The notes: a model not told the origin generated them from the letters alone. Positions 49,875-63,075 are shown, numbered from the whole stretch's first letter. The stretch: 63,075 nt of DNA, filler included, from Chiloscyllium plagiosum (GCF_004010195.1; 3 parts of one record of this genome joined end to end with filler, not necessarily neighbours in it); one strand, 5' to 3'. Numbers and translations: made by a program.

Positions 49875-52764
49875 GTAAGCCTATTTCTGTCCATTCTATT
49901 AGTGATGGTGGAGGTTATTGCTATTTCTGTTATTTATATTTAACAAATATATAACCTGTTATCTTCAGTTTCAGTCACAAATTCCACTTCATTTCTATCA
50001 ATTTCCGAATCCTCACTCATAAACATATAAGAAGGAACAAGACTGTTCAGACCCTTGAGTTTTCCTTTTGCTCTGAACTGTTTTATGTCTCTATATTCTC
50101 TCTGTTATCAACCCTGCCTACACCCACCATTATAATATCCCCAGTCTCCAGCTCTGCCTCAGTGCTGTTGCAGAATAAGCCATCATCTGCCCCCTTGTTA
50201 ACTTCACATTTTACGGCTCCAGTTCTTTTCTGACCACTCTTCCAGTTACAAACATTTTGACTACGAACTTGTACTTGTCTCTCCAGTTATTTCATAATAG
50301 TGACCTCATATCAGAATAATAATGTCACTTGCCGTGTTATGGCTCTCAAGGCATTGTTTCAAATTCTACCAGAACCAATGATAGAACTTAAATTCAAATG
50401 GCAACAATTGGAAAAAAACCTCATTTTACAGAGGGCAACCATAAACCATCAGGATTTCTTTTATTATTTCACTGATAGCCTTTGGTAAAGAAACTAAGTG
50501 TGACAAAAAAAGGTTGGCTCCATATTTTCTTGACAAATGGTCTCGCAGTCAACGGCAATTGGTGATGGATGACAAATGCTGCCCTTGCCAGTGATGCGGA
50601 CATCTCGTGAAACAACCGAATTAAAGTTGAAATAAACCAAGGAACTGTGGATGATGGAGATCTGAAATAAAATTCCCCAGAGTCTGAAAATATTGGAGAA
50701 TCTCAGCAAGTATGGCAGCCTCTGTCAGGAGAAAAACAGATAAAGTTTCGAATCTAGTGACCCTATATCACAACTGAAAGCAACTGGGAAGTAATGTTAT
50801 TTATAACAGGGATGGTCGGATTGGTGAGGGGGAGGTTAGTTGAATGGATGTAGAAATGCCGGGCGAGAAAGAGAGAGAGAGAAATGAAAAGCAAACATAG
50901 GAACTGCTGATGATGAACCAGAAGGAAAATAACATGGGAATATATTCTAAAATGTCCCCTTCTCCCATATTCCTGAATATCGTGTGAATTTAGATGTGTC
51001 CCTGTTTACATTGAGTTATATTCCCTCTGTCTTTCTTCTCTGAGTGTGATGATCAACTCCATCGGTAATACTGGTGCCGCCCTTATAGTTGCTGAAATAC
51101 AAAGGAACGGAATGTCACATTGTCAACTGATTTTTTTGGAGATGGGAACTGTAATCGTAGGGCTGTGCAGAGATGTAACTTTTTTTTCCTGCTAAGAACA
51201 GAAACATTTTCAACACTGAATGGGTGCACTGTGTGTGGGGGGATTTGACTTGCTCCAGTAATTACAGATTAAAGAGACGTTCTATGGACACTTTTCACGG
51301 GTTTGTGTTATCAGCTGCTGCATCCCTTCAGAGAGACCCAAGGGTATGGTGACCCCACTCTGGACGAGATATGAACACTGCATTTACAGACGGTTCTGGG
51401 TTCATGGCAAACACATGGAGTCATGGCTACACAGCAGGGAAGCTCTGTACACAGGGAGGACAAGGGCACTGCATGTTCCTACCAGGAATTTCCAGCACCA
51501 TTTGCTGAAGCTGGACCCATTCTAAGTGTAAAATTTGAAACCAGCATCTTTCAAAAATGAGGTGGTCACTGAGCTGTGTCCCCTCCTTCAAACTCACAGC
51601 AGGGACAGGACTGTGCTGACACACACCATGAAGTGAACTGGATTGATTCTGGAACTTTATAGGCAGAGTGGGTGACAAATCCATCACCATGAAGTGTGTT
51701 GGATTGAGTCTGGACCTTTCCAGGCAGGAGTGAGCGACATATTCGGAGTGCTCCGATATACCACTAGCTGATAGAAGCCACCTGCCTTCTGAGAGGAATA
51801 CATTGGTTCTGTCTCCACAAGAGAAGGTGAAGAAACGAACTTCCAGAAATACTAAGGAACAGGGGCCCTGGTGAAAATTACGGTCTGCACGAAATTATAA
51901 TTAATGAAGAGTATGTCTTTGAAAACCTAATCGAATTGAAGATCGGTATGTTGCTGGAACTGATTAGCTACATCCCAGAGTATTGAGGAGCTAGCAACAG
52001 AGCTCGTGAAAGAATTTCTGACTATTCGTCGAAGCTGGTTAGATTCTGGAAATGATCCTGCAGACTGGAAAACAGCTATTGTAAACCTAAACATTTAAAA
52101 CAGGACGGAGAGGGCAAACAGAAAACTAAATAGCTTGATGTCAGCTGTGAGAAAATCATTGTAACCTTTTATAAGGAATGTGACAACTAGATACTTGGAA
52201 AATAATGGTATGATTCGGTAGAGTCAGCCTAAATTCAGGAAAGGGAAAAGATCTTTGATACACCTGCTGTAGTTTGTGGAGATTGTCCGTTGTGACATCG
52301 AAAATTGACAACCGCTGGGAGTAGAGGATTTGATTTTTCAGAAAACGTTTGACACGGTTGAATACTGGTAAGTGGGGAATGCGAGAGTCCATGGGTAGGT
52401 AGGGGTGTAACACACAGAATGGATCAAAAATTGGATAATGGGCAAAATAAAGAGAGTAGTGTTTTACTCTGGGTGGAAGGCTTGTGGGTTACAGAAGGAT
52501 CAGTGTTTGGGCAATAGCTGTTCGCATGGTATAACATGATTGAATGGGAACAACAAATATAATGCTTCTCTTTTAAGTTTATTAAATGGTGAGAGGTTGG
52601 GAAGTTCTGTTGTTGAAAAGGACATGCATGTCCTTGGTTATAAGTCACTAACAGAATTCAGATGGGACAGTAAGTAATTATAACTGAAAATGATATCTAG
52701 CCTTTCATGCAAAATACTTGAAATACCAAAATAAATATACCTTACTCAGTGGTAGTGTTGTGTT

Positions 52765-53027
52765 AGATTACTTACAGTGTGGCAACAGGCCCTTCGGCTC
52801 AATAAGTCCACACCGACCCACCACCCCTTACCTAACACTGCATGCAATTTAGCATGGCCAATTCACCTGACCAGCACATCCTTGTGACTGTGGGAGGAAA
52901 CCGGAGCACCCGGAGGAAAACCACGCGGACACGGGGAGCACGTGCAAACTCCACACAATCAATCGCCTGAGGTGGGAATTGAACCCGGGTCTCTGGCGTT
53001 TAAGGCAGCAGTACCACCATGCCACCC
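52765..53027 (-). mobile_element. HE1-type SINE inserted only in copy B
   Basis: Reverse-complement SINE; the site is empty at ~21183 in copy A. Confidence 0.9.
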
Positions 53028-56000
53028 TGTTGAAAGAGGATTTTGGGTATTATGTACAGAATGAGTCTACTTCATAAATAATGATCACCACATTACTGAG
53101 ACAGTGCAAAGGAGTTTCGTCAGACTGATCCCTAGCATGATGGTACCATCAGGAGAGAGAGCGGTAACTATGTTGTTAATCTGCAGCACTGTGAGAGAAT
53201 ACGAAGGTGAAACTTGACGGTTATGGACGGACCCTCATTTTGTCCCAAGCAGCCATTGATAAGGTGAGAAATTTCGTACTTCCCATAGGATGCTCGATTC
53301 CCAATAGTTTACGTCCCAGTGCATAGACCTCATTTCGATTAACAGAGTGGTACAGGCTCCGAATGTACTCTGAACACTGTAATGCACAATTACCGTGTGA
53401 CCCTTCACTCAAAATTACATTGTCCATAATCATTTCAGCAGCCACAATACCTTCATTCTGAAACAGTTAGCCATTCCCCACCAGCTTCTGAATTCCAGAG
53501 AGAACATAGGTCTGCTCTCTCAGCGATGGAAGGTGCCTTTGAGACTCATTATAAACAATGGCTTCATTCCCACTGCCAGAAAGGCATGCTAGCTTAACCC
53601 GGATGGACTACGAATAATGAAGCCACGAGGAATAAAATGGAACAGTCCATCTGTGCAGTCCCTGCTCCATTTGTTTGCGACGTTGGAGCATCTCTGACAC
53701 CTTCCTGTTCCAGCGTTAGTGACTTGAGAAGCTGAATGACCTTTTCCTGTTCCTTTATAAGTCACTTGGGGTGGGAAATGGTCACTTTCTGATCCTTTGT
53801 CTGTGACATGTGGCACTGAGCAGATTCCTTGTCTTCCTGTGTAACAGCAGGGGGAATTGAATGGGCTGTCCCTTTTCTTGTCCAGTAGTTTTGATGGGCG
53901 GAATGACTTTCCCATATTCCCGTGAAGCCACATTGATATACTTAGTGTACTCCTCCGTTTACTGTGGAAATGTGCAGCGCTGTTTCAAGAATGTTACCGA
54001 CAGTTTAACTGCACGGGCTTGAACGTTGCCTCAGTCTTGTTGCACATGGACACAGGCTGCATCAGGAGGTCAGCGATGATGAATCGATGTGGACTCAATG
54101 GGATGAATGGCCTGCGCCTTCACAGCAGGGGTTTCCTGAGCTGCGGGAGCTACCCTGAGGATCTCTTGCAGATGTGTCCTACAGCTGAGATGATTGATGC
54201 CCACCGATGATAAACATGTTCCCTTGTGCTGTGAATGACTCCAAACAGCGGAGAGATCGCAATGCATTCTGATGAAGTGAAATTTTGCTTAGGGTCCTTG
54301 ATGTCATCCTCAGTTAAATACTGCCTTGATATCAGGGCCAGTCGCTCTTTACTAAGCTCTTTTATTCAACTCTGTCGCTCATATCAATGTGTCATGGTGT
54401 AGTAGCAGGCCTGTTCTTCAAACAGAAGGTAGTGAATGTCAGTAATTCTCTATTGCAGAGTCATAGGAGCTATAGCAGTAAGTGGCCTCCAACAGCTTCC
54501 ATCTAGCAATTTGGAGGGTCTGAATGAAACATCAGAACATCGGACTCAGAATCAGGATTAGATCATTAGATGCTATGAACCTTCTACACCAGGCACCAAG
54601 ATTGTGGAAGATCAGGTAGTGGTCTCAGCTCCGCTCTCCTGTCTGTTTCCCATTATCCATGACTCAAACTCGGTCAAATATTTAACGTACTCAATTTGAA
54701 TAAATGTGAACAAAGAGGCACCATATATCTCTGAGGAAGAAAATTCCCACTCAAAAACCCTTTCAGAATTTCTCCCCATCTGTCTTACAGTGTCGTAGAG
54801 CAGGGAACCTTGTCCACATGAACCAGACATCCCAATCTGCTCTCAACACATTTGCCAGCATTAGGCCCATATCCCTGTGAACTCTTCCTCTTAATATTCA
54901 ACTCCAGATTCCTCTTAAATGTTGTAACTGTACCAGCCTCCATCACTTTCTCTGACAGCTCATTTCATATACACATTACAAACCACGTGTCAGTTTACTA
55001 ACTTTCTCCTCTCACCTAAAGCCTTTGTCCTATAGTTTTGGAACCCCCTACCCTGGGGAAAAACCTTGGCCATTCAGATTATCCATGTTCCTCACGATTT
55101 TATAAACCTCTATAATGTCAGGCCTCGGCCTCCGCTGCTCCAGAGCAAACAATCCCCAATCCATCCAGCCTCTCCTTGTACCCCAACACCTCCATGCCCG
55201 GCAATACCCTTGTAAAGCTTTTCTACACCCTCTCAAGCGTAACATCCTTCCAGTAGCAGAAGGAACTGAATTAAACACAGTGTTCAAAATGTGTCCTCAC
55301 CTCTCCTGCCCAGTCGTAACATGATCTCCCAACTCGATATTCAATGCACTGATCAATAAAAGCAAGCATACCAAACCCCGTCTTCACCACCCTGTCTATC
55401 TGTGACTCCACTTTTAAGGAGCTGTGAGCCTGCACACTTTTGTTCAACAATACTCCCCAGGGCCCCACCATTAATTGTATAAGTCCTGCCCTGTTTTACC
55501 CTACCAAAATGCAACACCTCACATTTATCTAAATTTAACTTCATCTGCCACTCCTTGGCCCATCTGGTCAAGGTCCCATTGCATTCTGAGGTAAATTTTG
55601 CAGACCACTGCACCTCCAATTCTAATGTAATCTGTAAACAGTAAACAGGCAAATATTCACATTCAAATCATTTAAATAAATAATGAAAAGGAGTGAATTT
55701 AGCACTGCTCCTTGTGGCACAACACTGGTCATAGGCCTCCAGTCTGAAAAGCAGTCCTCTACCACTCTCTGTCTCCTACCTTCACGCTAATTTTGTAGTG
55801 AATTGGCTAGCTTATCTTGGATCTATTAATGACCCAACCTTTCTAAATTGTCTGCCATGCGGAATCCTGTAGAATGCTTTGCTGAAGTCTATATGGACAG
55901 CATCGACCACACTGCCATCACCATCGTCCTTGTCACCTCTACAAAACGCAATCAACTTTGTTAGAAATCATTTCCCATGCACAAAGCCATGTTGACTATC

Positions 56001-57327
56001 CTTCTTCAGGTGCTGCATTTGCAAATGTGTGTAAATCCTACCACTCTCAATGCTCTCCAAAAACATGGCCACCAATGACGTCAGGCTCACTGATCTATAA
56101 TTCAGGAGATTATTCCCTTTCCTCGTTCCATGCTTCCGCTGCTCACTGCAAATGTTAATAGACCCAGGTTGGTGATATGACCAACAATATAGGTCTCAGA
56201 CTGGGTCAGTGTTAGGAACAAGTCAGGCAGGATTTTTTAATCTGCTAAAATTAGCAAGTCTATGACGCAAACAAAGCTACTCAAACAATAATGGAAAGAT
56301 AAATGACACAGTTTGGATATTGTAAACCTGTGCACGATGTTTCCCTTTCGAAAAATATAGAATAATGCACACATTCGATGACAAACTGAAAAATAAAATC
56401 TCTGCAGAGTGTTAACTTGAAAGAACTTTGACTAGATATTAATTGAACCCGTGACAAAAGGAAACAAGAGTGAGGAGTTGTCAGCTCACACACGTTGCTG
56501 AGAGGAGGAACGCGGAGCGAGAGGGAGCAATAGGCCGTTTCTTCTCATGAAGACTACAATTTCTCCTTCTCTGAGTTGAATCACGCAATAACGTTATACG
56601 GCCCCAAACTGGACCAAATGAGGTCTCTTTGAACAGTGATTGAACTGTCCGACTCCAGCACATTTCCTGCTCCAAGTAGGTACATCACTGTTGCTGTTGG
56701 ACACCCAACCATTTCTTTCGGAACAATAGTGCCACTAGATTTAAGATGTGTTTATATGTTCCCGTGTACTTTTATAATACAATTTGTAATATCTTCACGA
56801 TATCCGCATTTCAATGAATGCCTCTTATTCTTAAATTAGAAACTCAGTCTTATTCTCCCATAAAAGATAAAATATTCGGCAGGTATTCACCAGCTCAAAA
56901 TTATATATGGTCAACAAAAACATTTCGCATTCTCAGGCCTAAATTTCTAATAGTTTATAACATAATGTCTTCATCCCAAGAACAAGTAAAGAGAAACATT
57001 TTTGAAAAGTTTCAAAAGCAATTTGTTTTTCACGTCAGTGGAGTTACAACTACATACAGTACGTCAGATGTCGTCTCAGCAACGGCCTGTACAGATTCAG
57101 TAAATCATCCTTAAGATCAGACCGAATACTGTTTGCAAGAAAAAGTATCATTTTATTTAATTTTCAAATCACGTGCTGCATGTAGAGACTAACTTGATGC
57201 GATTTATGTACCAGGACACACGAATCCCTTTGTACCACTGAGTTCTGCATTCTGCCTCCAGCTGAATACTTTACGGTTGTTTTATGTTTCCTCCAAAATA
57301 CAAACTTCTCATTACTCACATTGCACT

Positions 57328-57427
57328 NNNNNNNNNNNNNNNNNNNNNNNNNNNNNNNNNNNNNNNNNNNNTTAATTAATTAANNNNNNNNNNNNNNNNN
57401 NNNNNNNNNNNNNNNNNNNNNNNNNNN
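57328..57427. other. Assembly linker N44-TTAATTAATTAA-N44
   Basis: Same 100-bp structure as 26734-26833. Confidence 0.95.
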
Positions 57428-59383
57428 TGGGGGTAATGTGTGGCTGGTGGTGCGGATCAGGCTGGGGGTGGTGTGTGGATGGCAGTGAAGATCAGACAGG
57501 GGGCGGTGTGTGGACGGCAGTGAGGGTCAGGCTGTGGGCAGTGTTGAACGGCAGTGAGGGCCAGGCTGGGGGTGGTGTGTGGACAGCGGTGAGGGTCAGG
57601 ATGGGGCAGTGTGTGGATGGCAGTGTGGGTCAGCCTCGGGGCTGTGCGTGGACGGCTGTGAGGGTTAGGCTGGAGGCTGTGTATGGGCAGTGGTAAGGGT
57701 CAGGCTGTAGGCAGTGTGAAGAAAGCAGTGAGGGTCAGGGTGGGGGCAGTGAGTGGATGGCGGTGAGGGTAAGGTTGGGGGTGGTGTGTGGACAGCAGTT
57801 AGGGTCAGGCTGTAGGTGGTGCGTGGATGGTGGTGAGGGTAAGGCTGGGAATGGTGTGTGGATGGCGGTGAGGGTCAGACTCGGGGCTGTGTGTGTGTGG
57901 ATGGCGGTGAGGGTCAGACTCGGGGCTGTGTGTGGACTTCGGTGTCAGTAAGTCTGCGGGCGGAGCATGGACGGCAGTGAGGGTAAGGGTGGAGGCTGTC
58001 TATGGAAAGCAGTGAGGGTCAGGCTGGGGGCAGTGTGCCGACGGCGGTGAGGATCAGGCTGCGGGCGCTGTGTGGATGGCAGTGAGGGTCCAGCTGGGGG
58101 CGGTGTGTGGATGGCAGTGAGGGTAGGGCTGGGAGCGGTGTATGGGCAGCGGTGAGGGTCAGACTCGGGGCGGTGTGTGGACGGCAGTTAGGGTCAGGCT
58201 GGAGACGATGTGTGGACTGCAGTGAGGTAGGGCCGAGAGCGGTGTGTGGACAGCGGTGAGTGTTAGGTTGGGAGTGGTGTGTGGACGGCAGTGAGGGTCA
58301 GGATGGGGGCGGAGTGTGGACGTCGTTGAGGGTAAGGATGGGGACGGTGCGTGGACAGCATTGAGGGTCAGGCTGGGGGCGGTGTGTGGACGATAGTGAG
58401 CGTCAGGCTGCGGGCGAGGTGCGGACGGCGTTGAGGGTCAGGCTGGGGGCGATGTATGGATGTCAGTGAGGGTTAGGCTGGGTCCGGTGTGTGGGCGGTG
58501 GAGATGGTCAGGCTGGGGCGATGTGTGAATGGCAGTGAGGGTTACGCCGGGGCTGTGTGTGGACGGCAGTGAGGGTAAGGCTGGAGACAGTGTGTGGATG
58601 GCAGTGAGGGTTAGGCTGGGGGTGGTGTGTGGATGGCAGTGAGGGTCAGGTTAAGAACGGTGTGTGGACAGCATTGACGATCATGTTGGGGGCCGTATGT
58701 GGACGGCAGTGCAGGTCAGGCTGGGAGCGGTGTGAGGACTGCGTTGAGAGTCAGGCTGGGAGTGCTGTGAGGACAGCAGAGAGTGTCATGCTGTGGGCAG
58801 TGTGTGGACGGCATTGAGGGTCAGGCTGGGGAAGGTGTGTGGACGGCAGTGTAGGTCAGGTTGAGGCCTGTGTGTGGACGGCGGTGAGGGTCAGCCTGGA
58901 GGCCGTGTGTGGACGTCGGTGAGGGTAAACCTGGGGGTTGAGTGAGCACGGCATTCAGGGTCAGGCTGGGGGCAGTGTGTGGATGGCAGTGTGGGTCAGC
59001 CTGGGGGCTGTCCATGGACGGTGGTGAGGGTCAGGCTGGAGGCTGTGTGTGGACGTCAGAGTGAGTAAGGCTGAGGGCGGTGGATGGACGGCAGTGAGTG
59101 TAAGCTTGGAGGCTGTGTATGGGCAGCGGTAAGGGTCAGGCTGGAGGCAGTCTGTGGAGAGCAATAAGGGTCAGGCTGTAGGTGGTGCGTGGATGGTGGT
59201 GAGGGTAAGGCTGGGAGCGGTGTGTGGACGGTGGGGAGGGTAAGGCTCGGAGTGGTGTGTGTGGACAGCAGTGATGGTTAGGCTGGAGGCCATACATGGA
59301 CAGTGGTAAGGGTCAGGCTGGAGGCAGTGTGTGGAAAGCAGTGAGGGTCAGGGTGGGGGCGGTGTGTGGATGGCGGTGAGTGT
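57428..59383 (+). repeat. G-rich minisatellite, unit 34-35 bp (GTGTGTGGACGGCAGTGAGGGTCAGGCTGGGGGCG)
   Basis: About 55 diverged units; both ends are bounded by gaps. Confidence 0.95.
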
Positions 59384-60549
59384 NNNNNNNNNNNNNNNNN
59401 NNNNNNNNNNNNNNNNNNNNNNNNNNNNNNNNNNNNNNNNNNNNNNNNNNNNNNNNNNNNNNNNNNNNNNNNNNNNNNNNNNNNNNNNNNNNNNNNNNNN
59501 NNNNNNNNNNNNNNNNNNNNNNNNNNNNNNNNNNNNNNNNNNNNNNNNNNNNNNNNNNNNNNNNNNNNNNNNNNNNNNNNNNNNNNNNNNNNNNNNNNNN
59601 NNNNNNNNNNNNNNNNNNNNNNNNNNNNNNNNNNNNNNNNNNNNNNNNNNNNNNNNNNNNNNNNNNNNNNNNNNNNNNNNNNNNNNNNNNNNNNNNNNNN
59701 NNNNNNNNNNNNNNNNNNNNNNNNNNNNNNNNNNNNNNNNNNNNNNNNNNNNNNNNNNNNNNNNNNNNNNNNNNNNNNNNNNNNNNNNNNNNNNNNNNNN
59801 NNNNNNNNNNNNNNNNNNNNNNNNNNNNNNNNNNNNNNNNNNNNNNNNNNNNNNNNNNNNNNNNNNNNNNNNNNNNNNNNNNNNNNNNNNNNNNNNNNNN
59901 NNNNNNNNNNNNNNNNNNNNNNNNNNNNNNNNNNNNNNNNNNNNNNNNNNNNNNNNNNNNNNNNNNNNNNNNNNNNNNNNNNNNNNNNNNNNNNNNNNNN
60001 NNNNNNNNNNNNNNNNNNNNNNNNNNNNNNNNNNNNNNNNNNNNNNNNNNNNNNNNNNNNCTTCCCCCCTCGACTGTCCACCTCGGCTTCCCAACCATTG
60101 AATGACAGATTAAAAAGATCTCTTTTAATGCAGCATTCTTTCTCCCTCCAAATACAACATTACCCTCACTTAAATCCCCCAAAAATACATAAGCCCCTGC
60201 TCCCATTCCTCCCTCTATGTCTATCGATATATAACGTTAAACATCACACAACACTAGCTTTCGGAGAATCCTGTTACACTATAACCTGATGTTGTCCCAG
60301 TCCAACACCGGCATCTCCAACATCGAATATAAAGATCACCATTGAGCTTTTAACCAGATTCTTGCTTGAAACACACACAGTAAGATCCCACAAGCAGCAG
60401 TGTAACTACAGACAGATCGTGTGTGTCCCTGATGCTGGTTAAGGGTTTGATTCTGTCTCCCGACAAGAGGGAGCAATCCTTCTGTTGAACAAATTCCAAA
60501 CATTTCCCCCTTCCTGCTCTGTGCCCTGCACTCTGTGATCCTCACCATT

Positions 60550-60780
60550 TGCTCTCTCCATCTGAGATCTCTCTCTGTTTTCTCTCTCTCTCTGTTCCCC
60601 CCCTCGCTGTCTCCATCTCTGATCTCTCTTCCCTCCCTCTCTCTGTTCCCCCTCTTACTCTCTCCATCTCTGAGATGTCTCTGGTCCTCCCCTCTCTCCC
60701 TCTATCTCTGAAATCTTTTCCTCTGTGTTCCCCCCTCTCGCTGTCTCCACCTCGAAGATCTTTCTCTCTGTCTCTCGGAT
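60550..60780 (+). repeat. CT-rich low-complexity tract
   Basis: Direct observation. Confidence 0.9.
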
Positions 60781-61264
60781 TTCTCACATTTTATCCCCCT
60801 GGCCTATACAAATGATTCTGACATTAGAATGGGGCTTTGGATAGAGTTTCTCATGTTAAGGTATTAATTCCCTCCCCCGGGAGTCCTTCCTCCCAGACCC
60901 TGGGTACGTAACCAGTTTGTGTCACAATTCCAAGGTCCCGGTTCCTTTAACCCTAGGCCTCAAATCTATTTAAAACCAATGAACCTTCCACTGGGACTGT
61001 CAGCGCTCTCTCTCTCATTCTCTCTGTCTCTCTCTGTCTCTCCCGCCCCTTCACACCACCATTCTCCCTCCACCCCTCTCTCTGTCCCTGGAGCTGGAGT
61101 GAGAGAGAGGGAGGCAGTGACATCTGTGTGATCAGAATGTGCAGCAGCTCCCCCTCCATCATTTTCCGCCTTTATCTCCCCCAGTCCAGAACAGAACACG
61201 CCCCCTTGTGTTAAAAATCCCAGAGACAGCCAGAACCCCACCATTCTTTTCCCCACCAGTTGAC

Positions 61265-61388
61265 AATCACCTGATGAAGGAGCGTTGCTCCGAAAGCTAG
61301 CGTGCTTCCAATTAAACCTGTTGGACTATACCTGGTGTTGTGTGATTTTTAACTTTGTGATTTCCAACACCGGCATCTCCAAATCATT
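61265..61388 (+). mobile_element. Second Penelope-derived family terminus with a hammerhead-like core
   Basis: CUGAUGA-A-GGAGC(GUU)GCUCC-GAAA-GCUA at 61271-61299, followed by aattaaacctgttggactata...tccaacaccggcatctcc (tail also at ~60280-60325). Confidence 0.65.
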
Positions 61389-63075
61389 CTTTTCCCGTGT
61401 GTGTGTGTGTAAATGAACGACAACGAGACAGGACAGTTTCTGATTATTTTCTCTCTCTGTGTGTGATGATTCCTCGCGGCAGAAGTGATTTAATTCTCTC
61501 TGTCTCTGCATTGTCCCGAGCTTCAGCTCCTGGATACAATCTCCTCCTCACCCCCAGGGTTAGGGGGTGCGGGGGGGGGGCGGGGTGGGGTGGGGGGGGG
61601 AAACACACTGAGAAACAAAAACAAATCAATTTTAAATAAAATACAACAGTGGCACCAAAAGCACAGCAAGATCCCACAGCTCTGTGCCTTCCCCAATCTC
61701 CCACGTGACCCTTGTTCAGTTTAATTATTGCATGATGAATGAATTGCTGACCATCAGAGCGACATTGAAATACACAGACATCACCGCAGAGCAGTTGTCC
61801 AGAGGCTAGAAATATTAATAAACACGTACGCACTGTGAGATGCCACAAGCAGCAATCTAACCCCACACACATCGTGGGTGATGCTGGTTAAGGGTTGACG
61901 TATTTGTGGCAAATCCAGTTACCTTAGCCCCAGGCTTCAAACCTGTTCACAAATGACAAGGCCGCAATCCGATAGTACCCAGTTAACCAGAGGTCCGGGT
62001 TAAAGCCAGCCCCCCTCCCCAGAGAGAGGAGATTAAACCTCGGGATAATACACAGACAAAACTCACCTGGGCCCAACAGGCTGCAGCCTGTGAAACAGGC
62101 CTCAGGATTGTGTTCCCCCTCTGGAGGAAGCTATTGTCTGAAGGTTTCCTGATCCAAAACACACACTTTTCAAACCCTCAAATGGCCAGGAAGATCCCTT
62201 TGGGAGGAAAGAGGCAGCATTAGTGAGAAAGCTGAGAAGGAAAATTTTTCACAGGGAGATAGCACAGCAAGATCCCAGGTTTTCCCCTCTCGGTGAGACA
62301 GACAATTTCTCAGCAACATCCAAATACAAACACGCCTGGTGATGAGTTGAGTTTTCATGTTGAAAAGTTTTTGAAATGACGGGTTAGCTGATTAAAACCA
62401 CTCACTGCCTGCAACGATGGCATTAGTGCAATTGACGCACAGCAAGATCCCACAAGTGACAGTGCTGCAGAAGCTCAATAATCTGTTCGTTTTTATTTCC
62501 AGTTACATTATTTCCTGTCACCCCACAATCAAATATTGCAGCTATTTCACAATGTACTCCTCTCTCTTTCCTGTTTCTCTTGCTCTCACCATTTTCCATT
62601 TCTTTCTCTCACTCTCTTTCTCTCCATGTCGAATTCGATCATCCAGCCCTCTCTATGACCCAAGTTCCTCTGATAGTGTGACAATTCTTTCTAGAGGGTC
62701 AGATATTTGAGTTACAATTCCCTCCTGAGGGAGTCCCATCTCCCAGATTCTGGGGGTTTCACCTGTTTGTGTCATCAATGCCCCGGTTACTTTAACCCAG
62801 GCTTCAAACCCGTGATCTGACAGGTCCCAGTTAACCAGAGGCCCTGACAAACCAGGTTCCCACACCCACCACACCCCCAGAGGAGTTGAAATCTCGGGGG
62901 AAGAAACAGACCCCCACTCACCTGGGCCCCACGGGCTGCAGCCTGGCCAATAGGCCTCAGGCCTGTGCTCCTCGCTCTCTGGAGGTTGTTCTTGTCCAAG
63001 GCTTTCCTGGCCCCCAGGCATTTTGGATCTTCACTTTCCTGCTTTCCCAACAAAAGTTCCTCGGGATAAAAGAGA

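Larger units (their letters stand above)
43867..57327 (+). repeat. Segmental duplication copy B (~13.5 kb, ends at scaffold linker)
   Basis: Colinear paralog of 10633-25510. Confidence 0.95.
60338..62500 (-). mobile_element. Clustered DeuSINE (SacSINE1/AmnSINE1-like) fragments
   Basis: cacag(c/t)aagatccca, the reverse of the Deu-domain tgggatcttgctgtg, at ~60376, ~61662, ~62262 and ~62438. Confidence 0.55.

Noticed and set aside
57428..59383. Immunoglobulin switch region or CRISPR array
   Set aside because: AGCT motifs are almost absent and I see no Ig exons; there are no unique spacers. It is a simple diverged tandem repeat.

Overview
Repeat-rich vertebrate genomic DNA, almost certainly from a cartilaginous fish. 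The evidence is HE1-type SINEs, HER1/CR1 LINEs, DeuSINE fragments and Penelope-derived repeats typical of sharks; a carpet/bamboo shark is my guess, not a result. Two 100-bp N44-TTAATTAATTAA-N44 linkers show the window is three separately assembled pieces (1-26733, 26834-57327, 57428-63075). The only host-gene signal I can support is exon 1 of a shark GPR139/GPR142-like orphan GPCR. It occurs twice: 17166-17340 (open, phase-1 GT donor) and 49743-49874 (frameshifted). The two lie inside copies of a ~14-15 kb segmental duplication (10633-25510 and 43867-57327). A third, inverted, more diverged copy of the upstream region lies at ~27050-28190. I found no 7TM-encoding exon 2. The rest is layered, decayed TEs: CR1 LINEs, Gmr1-like Gypsy LTR elements, Harbinger transposase and Myb/SANT remnants, SINEs, and Penelope-like fragments with minimal hammerhead-ribozyme cores. 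There are also many local tandem duplications and a G-rich 34-35 bp minisatellite. All homologies were judged by eye; no search was run, and most repeat boundaries are approximate.
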